IMG/VR virus record: IMGVR_UViG_3300041402_000314
Coordinates: 1-64,000 of that record
DNA: 64,000 nt
Direction: 5' to 3' (one strand)
Position numbers and translations under genes: made by a program. How positions within the stretch are numbered: the first letter of the stretch is position 1; each line of letters starts with the position of its first letter. The notes under the pieces were generated by a model that saw only the letters and a program-made list of their open reading frames with translations, searched no databases and was not told where the DNA came from. This document shows, in pieces, positions 39,953-49,702 of the stretch.

Positions 39953-41658
39953 TTAATATAAGAAAGAAAAATAATAGCTATCTGAGTATAACTGGTCATC
40001 TCGAAGACTTATATGTACTCAGGGAATGGTTCGGTAAAGAAAAGAAAAATTGGAGATTCGATAAGAAAAGGGTCGAAGAAGGTTGGGATGGTAAGATCAG
40101 ACATTTTAATATGTTTGAAAAAACTCTTCCTTATGGTCTTATTGGTGAACTGTTTGATTGTATAGAAGCTCATGATATGGCTTGTGATATAGATGATAAG
40201 CTGTTAAAAGAGATAGATTCTAAGAAGTTAACCGACTTCGAAGAGTATGCCTTCATGAACGTCAATCCTAAATATCTTAAGGGTGGGGAATGTGAGCCTA
40301 GAGATTATCAAGATGAGGGAGCTAGGCTTCTTCTCGAAGATAAGAGAGGTATATTAGAACACGCCACCCGTTCTGGTAAATCTTTGACATCTTTCTATGC
40401 CGTAAATTATATCTTTAATAAATTTAAGGAACAGATACTTGAGAAAAATATCAAGATCATGGTAATAGTTCCTACCACCCATCTCATACTTGCATTCAGT
40501 AAGGATTTTGTAGAGTATGGTATAGATGAGAAATATGTGGGTAGGTATTATGCGAAAGAAAAAGATAATGATACTCCTATAGTTGTAGGTACTTGGCAAT
40601 CATTAAGAAGTGCGAACCATTTTCATAAGAATGTAGTATTTGCTGTCGGTGATGAGTGTCATGGCGGTAAAGCCTATGAAGTTAAACAACTTCTGGAAAA
40701 ACTCATTAACGCTAAGATTAGATTAGGTATGACAGCTACTCTTCCATCTGATGAGAATGAGAGATTTACTATCATAGGAAGTTTCGGTCCTATCCTAAGT
40801 TCGGTTGGTGCTAGAGAGCTTATTAATAGAGGCATATTAGCAGAGCCTCATATCAAATTTTTGATGTTAAATTATCCTAGAGGTACTGATGCTGAAGTAA
40901 AGAGAAAGACTGATGCTATTAAGAAGAATGAAGAAGCTAAGTTTCAATATGTTATTGAACGTTTGAAAGAGAAATTGACTCCATATTATCATAGTATCGA
41001 GAAGCTGGAAGAAAGTATCGAAAACCATTGCAATTTCAAGACTTTTAGTATTGGGAATGGTGTCTTTACCGAAACCGATAAGAAAATAACCGATAAAAAG
41101 GTTGCGAAAATTAGATCAGAAGTTCGGAAATTTAATGAGAAAACATTACGGTTTATCTTAGAAAAGGAGACTGTTAGGGATAATACCAACCGAAAGAAAA
41201 TAACTAGGAATATCATAAAGAAGCATGGTGATGAAACTATGTTATTCCTCTTCAATGAGGAAAAATTCGGATTGGATTATCTGGATTATCTGAGAGAACA
41301 ATACCCAGATAAGATAATCCATTTCGTAAACTATCGTGTTGATGTAAAGGAAAGAGAGAAGATAATAAAAGATGCTGTCGAAAAGAAAGGCGTGATATTG
41401 GTTGCTTCTCTCAAGACATTTGCATTGGGTGTTACTATTCCAAATCTAAGTGTTATAGGTTTATTATGGGGTGGTAAGTCTGAGATAACCGTTCCTCAAG
41501 CATTGGGTAGAGGATTGATGATATGTGGAACCAAAAATACAGTTACTTTATATGACTATGCAGATCAGTTATTCTATACTAAGAAACATGCGAATGAGAG
41601 GCTTAAAATCTACATGAAGGAATCGCACAAAGTTCAGATACATGAAATGAATTTATAA
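39949..41658 (+). CDS. uvsW: UvsW-like SF2 DNA helicase
   Basis: WDGKIRHF, PRDYQ, ATRSGKS, DECH, GMTAT, QALGRG. Confidence 0.92.
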   Translation: MINIRKKNNSYLSITGHLEDLYVLREWFGKEKKNWRFDKKRVEEGWDGKIRHFNMFEKTLPYGLIGELFDCIEAHDMACDIDDKLLKEIDSKKLTDFEEYAFMNVNPKYLKGGECEPRDYQDEGARLLLEDKRGILEHATRSGKSLTSFYAVNYIFNKFKEQILEKNIKIMVIVPTTHLILAFSKDFVEYGIDEKYVGRYYAKEKDNDTPIVVGTWQSLRSANHFHKNVVFAVGDECHGGKAYEVKQLLEKLINAKIRLGMTATLPSDENERFTIIGSFGPILSSVGARELINRGILAEPHIKFLMLNYPRGTDAEVKRKTDAIKKNEEAKFQYVIERLKEKLTPYYHSIEKLEESIENHCNFKTFSIGNGVFTETDKKITDKKVAKIRSEVRKFNEKTLRFILEKETVRDNTNRKKITRNIIKKHGDETMLFLFNEEKFGLDYLDYLREQYPDKIIHFVNYRVDVKEREKIIKDAVEKKGVILVASLKTFALGVTIPNLSVIGLLWGGKSEITVPQALGRGLMICGTKNTVTLYDYADQLFYTKKHANERLKIYMKESHKVQIHEMNL

Positions 41659-41686
41659 TGAAAAAGAAGGGTGGTAAATAAACAAC

Positions 41687-41971
41687 ATGGGAATAGACAT
41701 AAAAGAATCGATAAGAATAGCGAAAATATTTAAAGAGAAAAAAGCTAGGGGTGAAAACTTAAATAAAGGAGAAGAAGTTATCTTGACTTTGGCTTCGGAA
41801 TATGCTAAAATACATGCTCAAGATTTTAAAATATCTAATGAATTATGTGTCGATATAATATCTGTACATAAAGAAAGAATTGGACAATCTAAAGAATCTT
41901 CTATACCAGTAGATACTATGGAAATGAATATGCTACTCGATGGTTTATTAGAAAGATTATACATTAGTTAA
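41687..41971 (+). CDS. hypothetical protein
   Basis: 94 aa ORF. Confidence 0.55.
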   Translation: MGIDIKESIRIAKIFKEKKARGENLNKGEEVILTLASEYAKIHAQDFKISNELCVDIISVHKERIGQSKESSIPVDTMEMNMLLDGLLERLYIS

Positions 41972-41987
41972 ATGATAAGGAGAAAAC

Positions 41988-42632
41988 ATGTTAAAAGTAT
42001 TTTTATTGTTGATTGGATTGTTAGTAACTTCTAATTCATACGCTGGAACAATCGAGGTTGGGCATGAAGAGACAAGTAATGGTATATCCAATAACTATGC
42101 CTCAACTTTAAATATCGTTGATAAAATCGAAGATATGGCGATAAAGGTTAGTTATGAATATGGAAAGACTGATGATATTATAATAAAAGATTCTGGAAAC
42201 ATTAGCCTTGGTTATGACCCCGAATTAAATGAAAGATGGGGTCTATGGTTAGATGAGACCATAGGATATAATAAGATCATCAATATAGACTATGAAAATA
42301 TGCTAGGTATCGGTCTTAGATATTATATCATGAAAAACGATTATGGAAAATTATCTATTAGTGGTGGTATATTATATCATTATATTTCTGAACAAGAAGA
42401 AGGTAGATATTCGTGGATGTTAAAATATGGGAATGATATATATGAAGTCCTGTATTTTTACCAACCATCTTTTAAAGATAGTAATGATTATATAACAAAA
42501 GTTGATAGTTCTATTAAAGTAGCAGAATTAAATGATTTTCTTACTATGAAATTGTATTATAAGACTGAGTATAGGTCTATAATCGAGTATGATTATGAAA
42601 AGATTGGTGTAAAATTTAGTATAGAATATTAA
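41988..42632 (+). CDS. DUF481-like outer-membrane beta-barrel protein
   Basis: Signal peptide ending SYA; alternating aromatic beta strands (YEYGKT, LGIGLRYY, KIGVKFSIEY). Confidence 0.65.
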   Translation: MLKVFLLLIGLLVTSNSYAGTIEVGHEETSNGISNNYASTLNIVDKIEDMAIKVSYEYGKTDDIIIKDSGNISLGYDPELNERWGLWLDETIGYNKIINIDYENMLGIGLRYYIMKNDYGKLSISGGILYHYISEQEEGRYSWMLKYGNDIYEVLYFYQPSFKDSNDYITKVDSSIKVAELNDFLTMKLYYKTEYRSIIEYDYEKIGVKFSIEY

Positions 42633-42646
42633 TAAAGGAGACTAAT

Positions 42647-43249
42647 TTGAAAGGATTTTTAACAGCTTTTATAATGCTGTGTTACATTTTTATGTCTAGT
42701 GTAGCATATAGTGATGGCGTAAAGAGACATAGCGATATTCCAAAAGAAGTATATTATAAGTTCATAAAGAAGGTAAGACCTCATATTTCAGATCATGAGA
42801 TGAATCAGATTTTAAATGCTGTGATCTATTATAGTCCTAGATATTTTGGTGATGATATAGAAGGTATCGAGTGGACTCTTTCGATAATAGCGGGAGAAAG
42901 TTCTTTTAGAAATGTTTTAGGAGACTTAGATAAAGGTATTTCACATGGATATATGCAGATACAAAAACGAACTTGCGATGAGACACGAAAATTCAATGGT
43001 ATAAAGAGGAAGTTGGATTTAAACAAACTGTATCAGAATATTCACTGTGGGATGGGACATCTTTCTCAACTACATAAAAGATATGATGGTAATTTTATTT
43101 ATGCTGTTATAGCTTACAATAACGGTTATCCGTCTACAGATAGATGGATTAGAAGAGGAACTATTAGCACTAAGACCGAATATTTGTCGTGGATTTTAAG
43201 TAAGAAAAATAAGTTAAATAAACTTAAAAATTCTCCGAAGTATAAATAA
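42647..43249 (+). CDS. lytic transglycosylase (SLT domain)
   Basis: N-terminal hydrophobic helix, ESSF catalytic Glu, GYMQI, AVIAYNNG. Confidence 0.88.
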   Translation: MKGFLTAFIMLCYIFMSSVAYSDGVKRHSDIPKEVYYKFIKKVRPHISDHEMNQILNAVIYYSPRYFGDDIEGIEWTLSIIAGESSFRNVLGDLDKGISHGYMQIQKRTCDETRKFNGIKRKLDLNKLYQNIHCGMGHLSQLHKRYDGNFIYAVIAYNNGYPSTDRWIRRGTISTKTEYLSWILSKKNKLNKLKNSPKYK

Positions 43250-43348
43250 TTAAAAGAGAGTAAGCTAAGTAGTTGGTGCTACTTAGCAACAGGTGGAGTG
43301 ATTTACCTGCTGTCCTCTCTCATACCTATTTATATAAGGAGTGGTGTC

Positions 43349-44299
43349 ATGTCAACAACTATAAATCCCGAAAATCCAATTTTTTACACTTACTTAATTT
43401 TAGACCCGAGATATAAAGGAACCTTCGTCTATGATGATGGTAAACTAATATCAGATTATTTACCTATCTATGGGGGAAAGGGATATGATGATAGATGTAA
43501 TGACCATTTGAGAGATGCTATCAATTCTATTAAAAAATCTGATAAATTAAATCTTCTTAGAAAAATATTAGAAGAAGGATTTGAACCTAAAATTTTTAAA
43601 GTATTAGAAAACGTAACTGAGAAAGAAGCATTTGCTAAAGAAAGATATGTAATAAGAGTAATTGGTAGACTAGATAAAGGATTGGGAACCTTACTCAATA
43701 AAACCGATGGCGGGGAAGGTTGGGGTGGTTTTATTAGAACCAGAGAACATAAAAGAAAAATAAGCGAAGCTAATAAAGGCCAAGATAGTGATAAATTGTG
43801 GTATAATGATGGTAAAAATGAAAGAAGATATAAAGAAGACAAACAACCAGAGGATTGGGTCTTGGGTAGATTAAAATTTTCAGACAAACACATAAAATCC
43901 TTGAGCAAGATATCTAAAAATAAAATATGGTATAATGATGGTAAAAACTTGACAAGATGTCTTATCGGAGAACAGCCAATAGGATGGGTGGAGGGTCCAT
44001 TACCAATGAAAAGAGAAACCAAAGAAAAACTTAGTAAAATATTTAAAAATGTGCCGAATTTATTTAGAAAGGGGCGACGTTATTATAACGATGGTGAATT
44101 AGAGCGATTTTATTTAGAGAATCAACAACCAGATGGGTGGGTATTGGGTAGATTGAGTAAAGGACGTAAACATCATTGTTATAAAAAATCTCCTAAAAAT
44201 AAAGGGAAGCGTTGTTATAATAACGGAAGTATAAACAAATGTTTTCTCGAAGACAAACAACCAGAGGATTGGGTCTTGGGTATGCTTAGAAAATTATGA
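43349..44299 (+). CDS. GIY-YIG-type homing endonuclease with NUMOD3 and repeated C-terminal DNA-binding modules
   Basis: YTYLILDPR..YGGKG, LLNKTDGGEG, EHKRKISEA, about four (W/Y)YNDG..QPxxWVxG repeats; ATG at 43349 after AAGGAG. Confidence 0.82.
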   Translation: MSTTINPENPIFYTYLILDPRYKGTFVYDDGKLISDYLPIYGGKGYDDRCNDHLRDAINSIKKSDKLNLLRKILEEGFEPKIFKVLENVTEKEAFAKERYVIRVIGRLDKGLGTLLNKTDGGEGWGGFIRTREHKRKISEANKGQDSDKLWYNDGKNERRYKEDKQPEDWVLGRLKFSDKHIKSLSKISKNKIWYNDGKNLTRCLIGEQPIGWVEGPLPMKRETKEKLSKIFKNVPNLFRKGRRYYNDGELERFYLENQQPDGWVLGRLSKGRKHHCYKKSPKNKGKRCYNNGSINKCFLEDKQPEDWVLGMLRKL

Positions 44300-44306
44300 G
44301 TCGAAT

Positions 44307-44335
44307 TTGACAAATGAGACCTAGAATGATATAAT
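44307..44335 (+). promoter_or_regulatory. sigma70-type promoter
   Basis: TTGACA-17-TATAAT. Confidence 0.8.
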
Positions 44336-44456
44336 GTAGACAATAAAAAAAGGCTATCAGTGGAGGAGTACCGATAGCCCTAAAAATAGGAGGTAGTAGG
44401 ATTCTTTCAATCCATGCCTTTTAATTATTTATATATCGAATATTTTTGGAGAAATT

Positions 44457-44711
44457 ATGTATTTAGATGATGTGAATGTAGGCGATATGGTTATAGCCGA
44501 TTTTAAACTTGGGAATATAATAGGTTCTTTAAAAGGAAAGATAGTCGATAAATGGGTTACTGATCTACCATATGAGATCAGAATAGGCGTAGAATTTCCA
44601 GATATATTGATTGATGAAAACTTTGAATGTAAAGGACATTCTTGTAGAGGAAATGGAAAGGATGGATTCTGTTACTATCTAAACTTAAACGAAATTAAAC
44701 TACAAGGATAA
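44457..44711 (+). CDS. SH3-like hypothetical protein
   Basis: VGDMV...GKIV...IGVEF...GHSC.G.GKDGFCYY. Confidence 0.55.
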   Translation: MYLDDVNVGDMVIADFKLGNIIGSLKGKIVDKWVTDLPYEIRIGVEFPDILIDENFECKGHSCRGNGKDGFCYYLNLNEIKLQG

Positions 44712-44714
44712 TCA

Positions 44715-45002
44715 ATGCTGAATGGTGACAGAGTAGGTGCTGTTAAGAGTTTTGATCATGGTACATTAAAGGTTTTTGGATTCGGTGAATATGTTGGTGA
44801 AGAAGTACCACCAGAAGAGGGTATAGGTTATAGTAAGTTTTTATATGAAGGACAACAAAAAGACCATAAAATTCTGTTAGATGATGGACATGTTATTTAC
44901 GGCAGTGAGTGTTGGTTATTCGATGAGCTGGAAGTAAGAAAATCCATGAAAGAATATGATCATGTTGAATACGTGGATATAGATGAATTGAGAAAGGGTT
45001 AA
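44715..45002 (+). CDS. hypothetical protein
   Basis: 95 aa; ILLDDGHVIYGSECW. Confidence 0.55.
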   Translation: MLNGDRVGAVKSFDHGTLKVFGFGEYVGEEVPPEEGIGYSKFLYEGQQKDHKILLDDGHVIYGSECWLFDELEVRKSMKEYDHVEYVDIDELRKG

Positions 45003-45016
45003 GAGGAGTAGAAAAA

Positions 45017-45577
45017 TTGAGTAATATGTTCGTATGTGGAGACCATCATTTTTTTCATAAGAATTGTATAAAATATGATGGAAGACCATTTTCATCAGTA
45101 AAGGAAATGAATGAGACTATGATTGAAAGACATAATGAGATAGTCGGTAAAGGCGATCTTGTTTATAGTGTCGGTGATTTTTGTTTCGGTGGAACGGAAG
45201 CATGGAAGAAAATAAGATCAAGGATGAATGGAGACTGGCATCTAGTCATGGGAAATCATGACAGACAAAGTTCTCATTTTCTAAAGACTCTATTTTCCAC
45301 CATCCATGAGATAAAGAACCTTAGAATAGGTAAACATACCATCGTTCTTTCTCACTATCCGATGTACGCATGGGAGAAATCCCATTATGGAAGCTTTCAT
45401 TGTCATGGACATGAGCATGGTTCTCTGAAGGACGGCTACGATCAGACAGGTAAAATTCTGGATGTGGGAGTCATGACCAATAATTATTACCCATATTCAG
45501 TAGAAGACATCATAGATCATATGAAAACCAAACCTGATAACTGGAATCAACTTGATAATAGGAGATTGAAGAAATGA
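45017..45577 (+). CDS. calcineurin-like phosphoesterase
   Basis: GDHHFFH, VGDF, GNHD, LSHYP, HGHEH, DVGV. Confidence 0.88.
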   Translation: MSNMFVCGDHHFFHKNCIKYDGRPFSSVKEMNETMIERHNEIVGKGDLVYSVGDFCFGGTEAWKKIRSRMNGDWHLVMGNHDRQSSHFLKTLFSTIHEIKNLRIGKHTIVLSHYPMYAWEKSHYGSFHCHGHEHGSLKDGYDQTGKILDVGVMTNNYYPYSVEDIIDHMKTKPDNWNQLDNRRLKK

Positions 45578-45786
45578 GCGAACAGATTGAAAAGGCTATG
45601 AAAACTTTGAAAGAAGCTATGTTAGCCGACCCAGACTATGCTCATGCTTGGCATTGTAATCTCGCTATGGCTTTCTATGATGCGATGGATGATAATTGTA
45701 TCGATGAAAACTGTAAGGAAGTATGGCGAAACGAAGGTGCTTCAAGATTTATGAAATTAGCTTTTGGTGTTGATACCGAAGCATAA
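45574..45786 (+). CDS. hypothetical protein
   Basis: DPDYAHAWHCNLAMAFYD. Confidence 0.6.
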   Translation: MSEQIEKAMKTLKEAMLADPDYAHAWHCNLAMAFYDAMDDNCIDENCKEVWRNEGASRFMKLAFGVDTEA

Positions 45787-45805
45787 CTTTAAATAGGAGT
45801 CTTAA

Positions 45806-46141
45806 ATGAGTGAGAATGTCCGTGAAGACGTAATAAGTAAGATCGTTAGGGTAAAGATCAATGGAGAAGAATATAGCGGTTTAGATACCAAAGAGGCCGT
45901 TGGAATAGCTCTTCAGCCTATGCTACCACATCTAAAATACATGTCGAGGGAAAATGTTGGAAAATATATCAATGACATAAAGGAAATGTTGGAAAATGAC
46001 TTGAGTATGAAGGTATCAACTACAGTTACGAATTTTTTAACCAATATAAAAGAGATGAGAGAAGATAAAGTTATGGTAGCTGTTTATGATTTACTACTTA
46101 ATATTGAAGGGCTTGGGATGGGTAAGAGGTATGGGTCTTAA
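45806..46141 (+). CDS. hypothetical protein
   Basis: AGGAG RBS. Confidence 0.55.
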   Translation: MSENVREDVISKIVRVKINGEEYSGLDTKEAVGIALQPMLPHLKYMSRENVGKYINDIKEMLENDLSMKVSTTVTNFLTNIKEMREDKVMVAVYDLLLNIEGLGMGKRYGS

Positions 46142-46647
46142 TGGAGAAAGTGAGAGAATGGGATATCCAGAATCTCCTATATAAACATCTCCAGTACGAT
46201 AAGCAACATGAATGTATATACCCCAATAATTGTAGTTTGTTTGGTTGGGAAGCTGATATGATTAGTGCTACTAAAGCAGGATACGTGAATGAATATGAGA
46301 TCAAGGTTAGTCGTTCAGACTTTAAAGCTGATTTCAAGAAGCCTAAACATAGGTATTTTCTGAAGGAGTCTATACGACATAAACATTACCCTGCTTATTT
46401 CTGGTATGTTACATATGGATTTGAGATAACTGACGATATGATACCTTCCTATGCTGGACATATAGAAATAGTACATCATAGAGTTAGAAAGAACCAGTTA
46501 ATGCTCGATGTAAAGAAGAAGGCTCCTAAGATCAATGATTATAAGCTTGATGAAAAGCGGAGAAATAGATTGTATTCTGGTATGTACTATAAGTATTGGA
46601 ATATAAGAGAAAAAGAACTTAAACTTTTAGAAGAGGAGAACAAATGA
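46141..46647 (+). CDS. MmcB-like PD-(D/E)xK endonuclease
   Basis: WEADM...EYEIKVSRSDFKADFKK. Confidence 0.75.
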   Translation: MEKVREWDIQNLLYKHLQYDKQHECIYPNNCSLFGWEADMISATKAGYVNEYEIKVSRSDFKADFKKPKHRYFLKESIRHKHYPAYFWYVTYGFEITDDMIPSYAGHIEIVHHRVRKNQLMLDVKKKAPKINDYKLDEKRRNRLYSGMYYKYWNIREKELKLLEEENK

Positions 46648-46925
46648 GACCGATTGGAGAAAGAGTAATTGTAAAGAGAGAAGAGATATCTAATGTGACT
46701 GATAGTGGTATTGTTACGTCTACAGGACAGCAAGAATTATCTGATAGAGCAGAGGTAATTGCCGTAGGAAGCGGTAAAAAATTAAATGATGGTACAACCC
46801 TAGCTCTATCTGTTAAAGTAGGCGATAACGTCATTATTAACAGGTATGCTGGACAAGAAGTTATTATTGAAGAGGAAAGTCATATTCTTCTCAATGAAGC
46901 CGATATTTTTGCTGTGATAGATTGA
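46644..46925 (+). CDS. groES: co-chaperonin GroES
   Basis: MRPIGERVIV, SGIV, VIAVGSG, VKVGDNV, YAGQEV, EADIFAVI. Confidence 0.93.
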   Translation: MRPIGERVIVKREEISNVTDSGIVTSTGQQELSDRAEVIAVGSGKKLNDGTTLALSVKVGDNVIINRYAGQEVIIEEESHILLNEADIFAVID

Positions 46926-47001
46926 ATCGAATAAATTATAAATATATGAACAAAGGAGAGCTACTATGATTAAATAAATCAGAACCCTTAAGGAGGGCAA
47001 T

Positions 47002-47259
47002 ATGAAAGATCATAGTAAGAGAGCTTTAAGAAGACATCACCTAGAGAGGCTTAAACGGAAACGTGCGTCATATTATTGGTGGTGGGCTGGTAGTGATGTT
47101 AAACGTCTTGGTAAGGTAGTAACCACACCTTGTATGTGTAGTTGCTGGATGTGCGGAAATCCTAGAAAGTATTATAAAGGACAATGGGGAGAAGAACGTA
47201 CTATTCAGGAAAGAAAGTATTTTCAGGAATCCATCGAAGAACTTTTGGAAGAAGTATAA
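47002..47259 (+). CDS. conserved hypothetical basic protein
   Basis: RALRRHH...TPCMCSCWMCGNPRK...TIQE. Confidence 0.65.
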   Translation: MKDHSKRALRRHHLERLKRKRASYYWWWAGSDVKRLGKVVTTPCMCSCWMCGNPRKYYKGQWGEERTIQERKYFQESIEELLEEV

Positions 47260-47288
47260 ATACTTAAAAACCTTACGGAGATAGATAT

Positions 47289-47558
47289 ATGAACGAAGAA
47301 TTAATGAAGAAGATAGATGGGTTGATTCCAGAAGAAGAAGAGGTTGTGGAGGAAGCTAAGTCCATAGTTATCATAAATGAACTCAAAAGAGAAATTGAAA
47401 AACTGGTATCATGGTTAGAAAATAAATCTAAAGATAATCAAATTTCTAAGAAAATGGTAGTAGATAATATAGATTTGAAATGTAGGGGTATTGTACCAGA
47501 ATTAATGTTAAATATTGTTAGAAAATCTTTGAAGAAGAACGGAATTGATATAACTTAA
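47289..47558 (+). CDS. late hypothetical protein
   Basis: MNEELMKKIDGLIPE; TATAAATA at 47255-47262. Confidence 0.6.
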   Translation: MNEELMKKIDGLIPEEEEVVEEAKSIVIINELKREIEKLVSWLENKSKDNQISKKMVVDNIDLKCRGIVPELMLNIVRKSLKKNGIDIT

Positions 47559-47593
47559 AAAAGAGGTGCTAATATAATTTAGCACCTCTTTTC
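47557..47593. terminator. bidirectional intrinsic terminator between convergent genes
   Basis: AAGAGGTGCTAA/TTAGCACCTCTT with A and T tails. Confidence 0.85.
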
Positions 47594-47749
47594 ATTTCTA
47601 CTCTTCTAACAATGTTTTTTCTTCCTTTACGGTCTCAGTTTCTTCAACTAATTTTTCTCCGCATTTAGGACAATAATTGTCTTTTTCTTCAACTTTAGCT
47701 TTACATCTAGTACAAATTGTTTCCATATAATTCTCCTTAATATTTTTTA

Positions 47750-48058
47750 TTACTCTTCTTTATCTGATAGAAAGCCCCGACCCCTCAGTTTTTTATCCAG
47801 ATTATGATGTCTCAGAATCTTAGATTTGTCACCCTTTGCTGCGTTATTCGCTTTACAATCAGTATATTCATAGGTATAGCCGTCACTGCTGTTACATTCT
47901 CCAGAAAATTTAAAAGCCGTTCCAGTAGAAACATCTTTACTAAAACTTTCTTTTTCTTTACATTCGGGACAATCTTTAATAACTTCTCCTTCTGATATTC
48001 TTTCTATATTTTCATCAGTAAACCCACATTTTGAACATGTTCTTTGATAAATCGGCAT
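47750..48058 (-). CDS. FmdB-family zinc-ribbon protein
   Basis: MPIYQRTCSKCG...CPEC. Confidence 0.75.
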   Translation of the reverse strand: MPIYQRTCSKCGFTDENIERISEGEVIKDCPECKEKESFSKDVSTGTAFKFSGECNSSDGYTYEYTDCKANNAAKGDKSKILRHHNLDKKLRGRGFLSDKEE

Positions 48059-48192
48059 ATTAATTCTCCATTGTATAAATACTTATAAAAGAGAGTTAGC
48101 TTTGATGGTCGAATCATCTCAGCAACAAGTAGGAGCTATCTTACTTGATGTCCTCTCACTACTATTTATATCACTTATAAAGGAGCTATATC

Positions 48193-49026
48193 ATGCTAGA
48201 AGAAACCCATATCTATTATACCTATGTTCTAATCAATCCACTAAAACCAAGCAAAGAATCTTATATAGGAGGAATCTCTTTATATGATAATGAACCATTT
48301 TATTTTGGTATCAGTAAAAGAGAAGAAAGATTAAATGAACATCTAGCATGTTATGATACCGATAAAAATGGACATAAGAAGAATACCATCAAGAAGATAC
48401 AAAGAAATGGTTCAGACCCAATTTTTATTAAAATATTAGAAAATGTAGATGAGCAAATTGCGAAGAATAAAGAAATAGAAATGATTGCTTATTATGGACG
48501 ATTCGATAAAAAATTAGGTCCATTGACTAATATGACCGATGGAGGAGATGGTTTCAGTGGTTTTATTAGAACTGAAGAACATAAAAGAAAAATAAGTGAA
48601 GCACTGAAAGGATGTAAAGGCAGGAAGAAAAATCAAGACGAAAAAGATAAAATTTCTTTTACTTGTAAAAAATTCTACCAGACAGAAGAAGGGAAAGAAA
48701 TAAAGAAAAATCAATCAGAAAATAGTAGAGGAAATGGTAATTATAATTTTGGTAAAAAATTATCTGAAGAATCAATAGAAAAACGTACAAAGACTAGACA
48801 TGAAAATGGTAATTATAAACAATCCGAATCCGCAAAAGAAAAATGTAGACAAGTATCAAATGACTATTGGAATTCTCCAGAAGGCCAAAAACGGAAAACG
48901 AAATTGAAAAATAAAATACCTCTTAATAAAGGAAAGAAACTTTATAATAATGGAATCCTTCAGAAATGTTTCAAAGAAGGTAAACAACCTGAAGGATGGA
49001 CAAAGGGTTCAATTAAGAACCCTTAG
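48193..49026 (+). CDS. GIY-YIG-type homing endonuclease with NUMOD3
   Basis: YYTYVLINP..PFYFG, LTNMTDGGDG, EHKRKISEALKG, LYNNG..QPEGW; related to 43349..44299. Confidence 0.8.
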   Translation: MLEETHIYYTYVLINPLKPSKESYIGGISLYDNEPFYFGISKREERLNEHLACYDTDKNGHKKNTIKKIQRNGSDPIFIKILENVDEQIAKNKEIEMIAYYGRFDKKLGPLTNMTDGGDGFSGFIRTEEHKRKISEALKGCKGRKKNQDEKDKISFTCKKFYQTEEGKEIKKNQSENSRGNGNYNFGKKLSEESIEKRTKTRHENGNYKQSESAKEKCRQVSNDYWNSPEGQKRKTKLKNKIPLNKGKKLYNNGILQKCFKEGKQPEGWTKGSIKNP

Positions 49027-49219
49027 TTTGGTAGCCGTCAGAAAACCATCCTTTTCCTTTTAATATAAATCCGCCAGAATTCCCTATGGATTTTTTGAAA
49101 GTCTTAGAAGATTTGCAAACTTTACAAAAGAGAACGCACTGAGATTTAGCTTCATCCATTTTTAAGTATCGCTCTATATTATCATCACAATGCTCACAGC
49201 GATACTCATATATTGCCAT
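49013..49219 (-). CDS. FmdB-family zinc-ribbon protein
   Basis: MAIYEYRCEHC...CKVC...FILKGKGWF..GY. Confidence 0.8.
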   Translation of the reverse strand: MAIYEYRCEHCDDNIERYLKMDEAKSQCVLFCKVCKSSKTFKKSIGNSGGFILKGKGWFSDGYQTKGS

Positions 49220-49367
49220 TCTCTTCGTTCTCCTTAATCGCTTTCTTTTTATACATTTCAGCTAAACCCACGATTTCATAACCATCTAATCTGAAATCAA
49301 AAGTATCTTCCCACTTACCTGTATCCTGAAGATATTTCTTTGCTTCTTCGAAATCGTTGGTATCCAT

Positions 49368-49670
49368 TCAGTCTCCTTCTTCAGCACTTAGTCTTTCTAT
49401 TTCGTTATTTATCTCTACCATTTTTTCAGCTATTTCTTTACCTGATAACGGATGGGTAAGAGGTGCTACTAAAAATCTTACTTGATTAGCAATTTCACAA
49501 AGACCGAATTCATCATCTTCTTTCAATTCTCTTCTCAGATCATCTAAATCATGTTTAACTGGTTCCTGTGTATAACCTACAGAATGTATAATAGACTCAT
49601 TAAAATATACCAATATAACATAATTCCATTTCTCATCTAACATAACATCTATTTTTTCAACTATGTCCAT
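49368..49670 (-). CDS. late hypothetical protein
   Basis: MDIVEKIDVMLDE; TATAAATA at 49690-49697. Confidence 0.6.
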   Translation of the reverse strand: MDIVEKIDVMLDEKWNYVILVYFNESIIHSVGYTQEPVKHDLDDLRRELKEDDEFGLCEIANQVRFLVAPLTHPLSGKEIAEKMVEINNEIERLSAEEGD

Positions 49671-49702
49671 AATTTGTTCCTCTCGTAAGTATTTATATCT
49701 AT

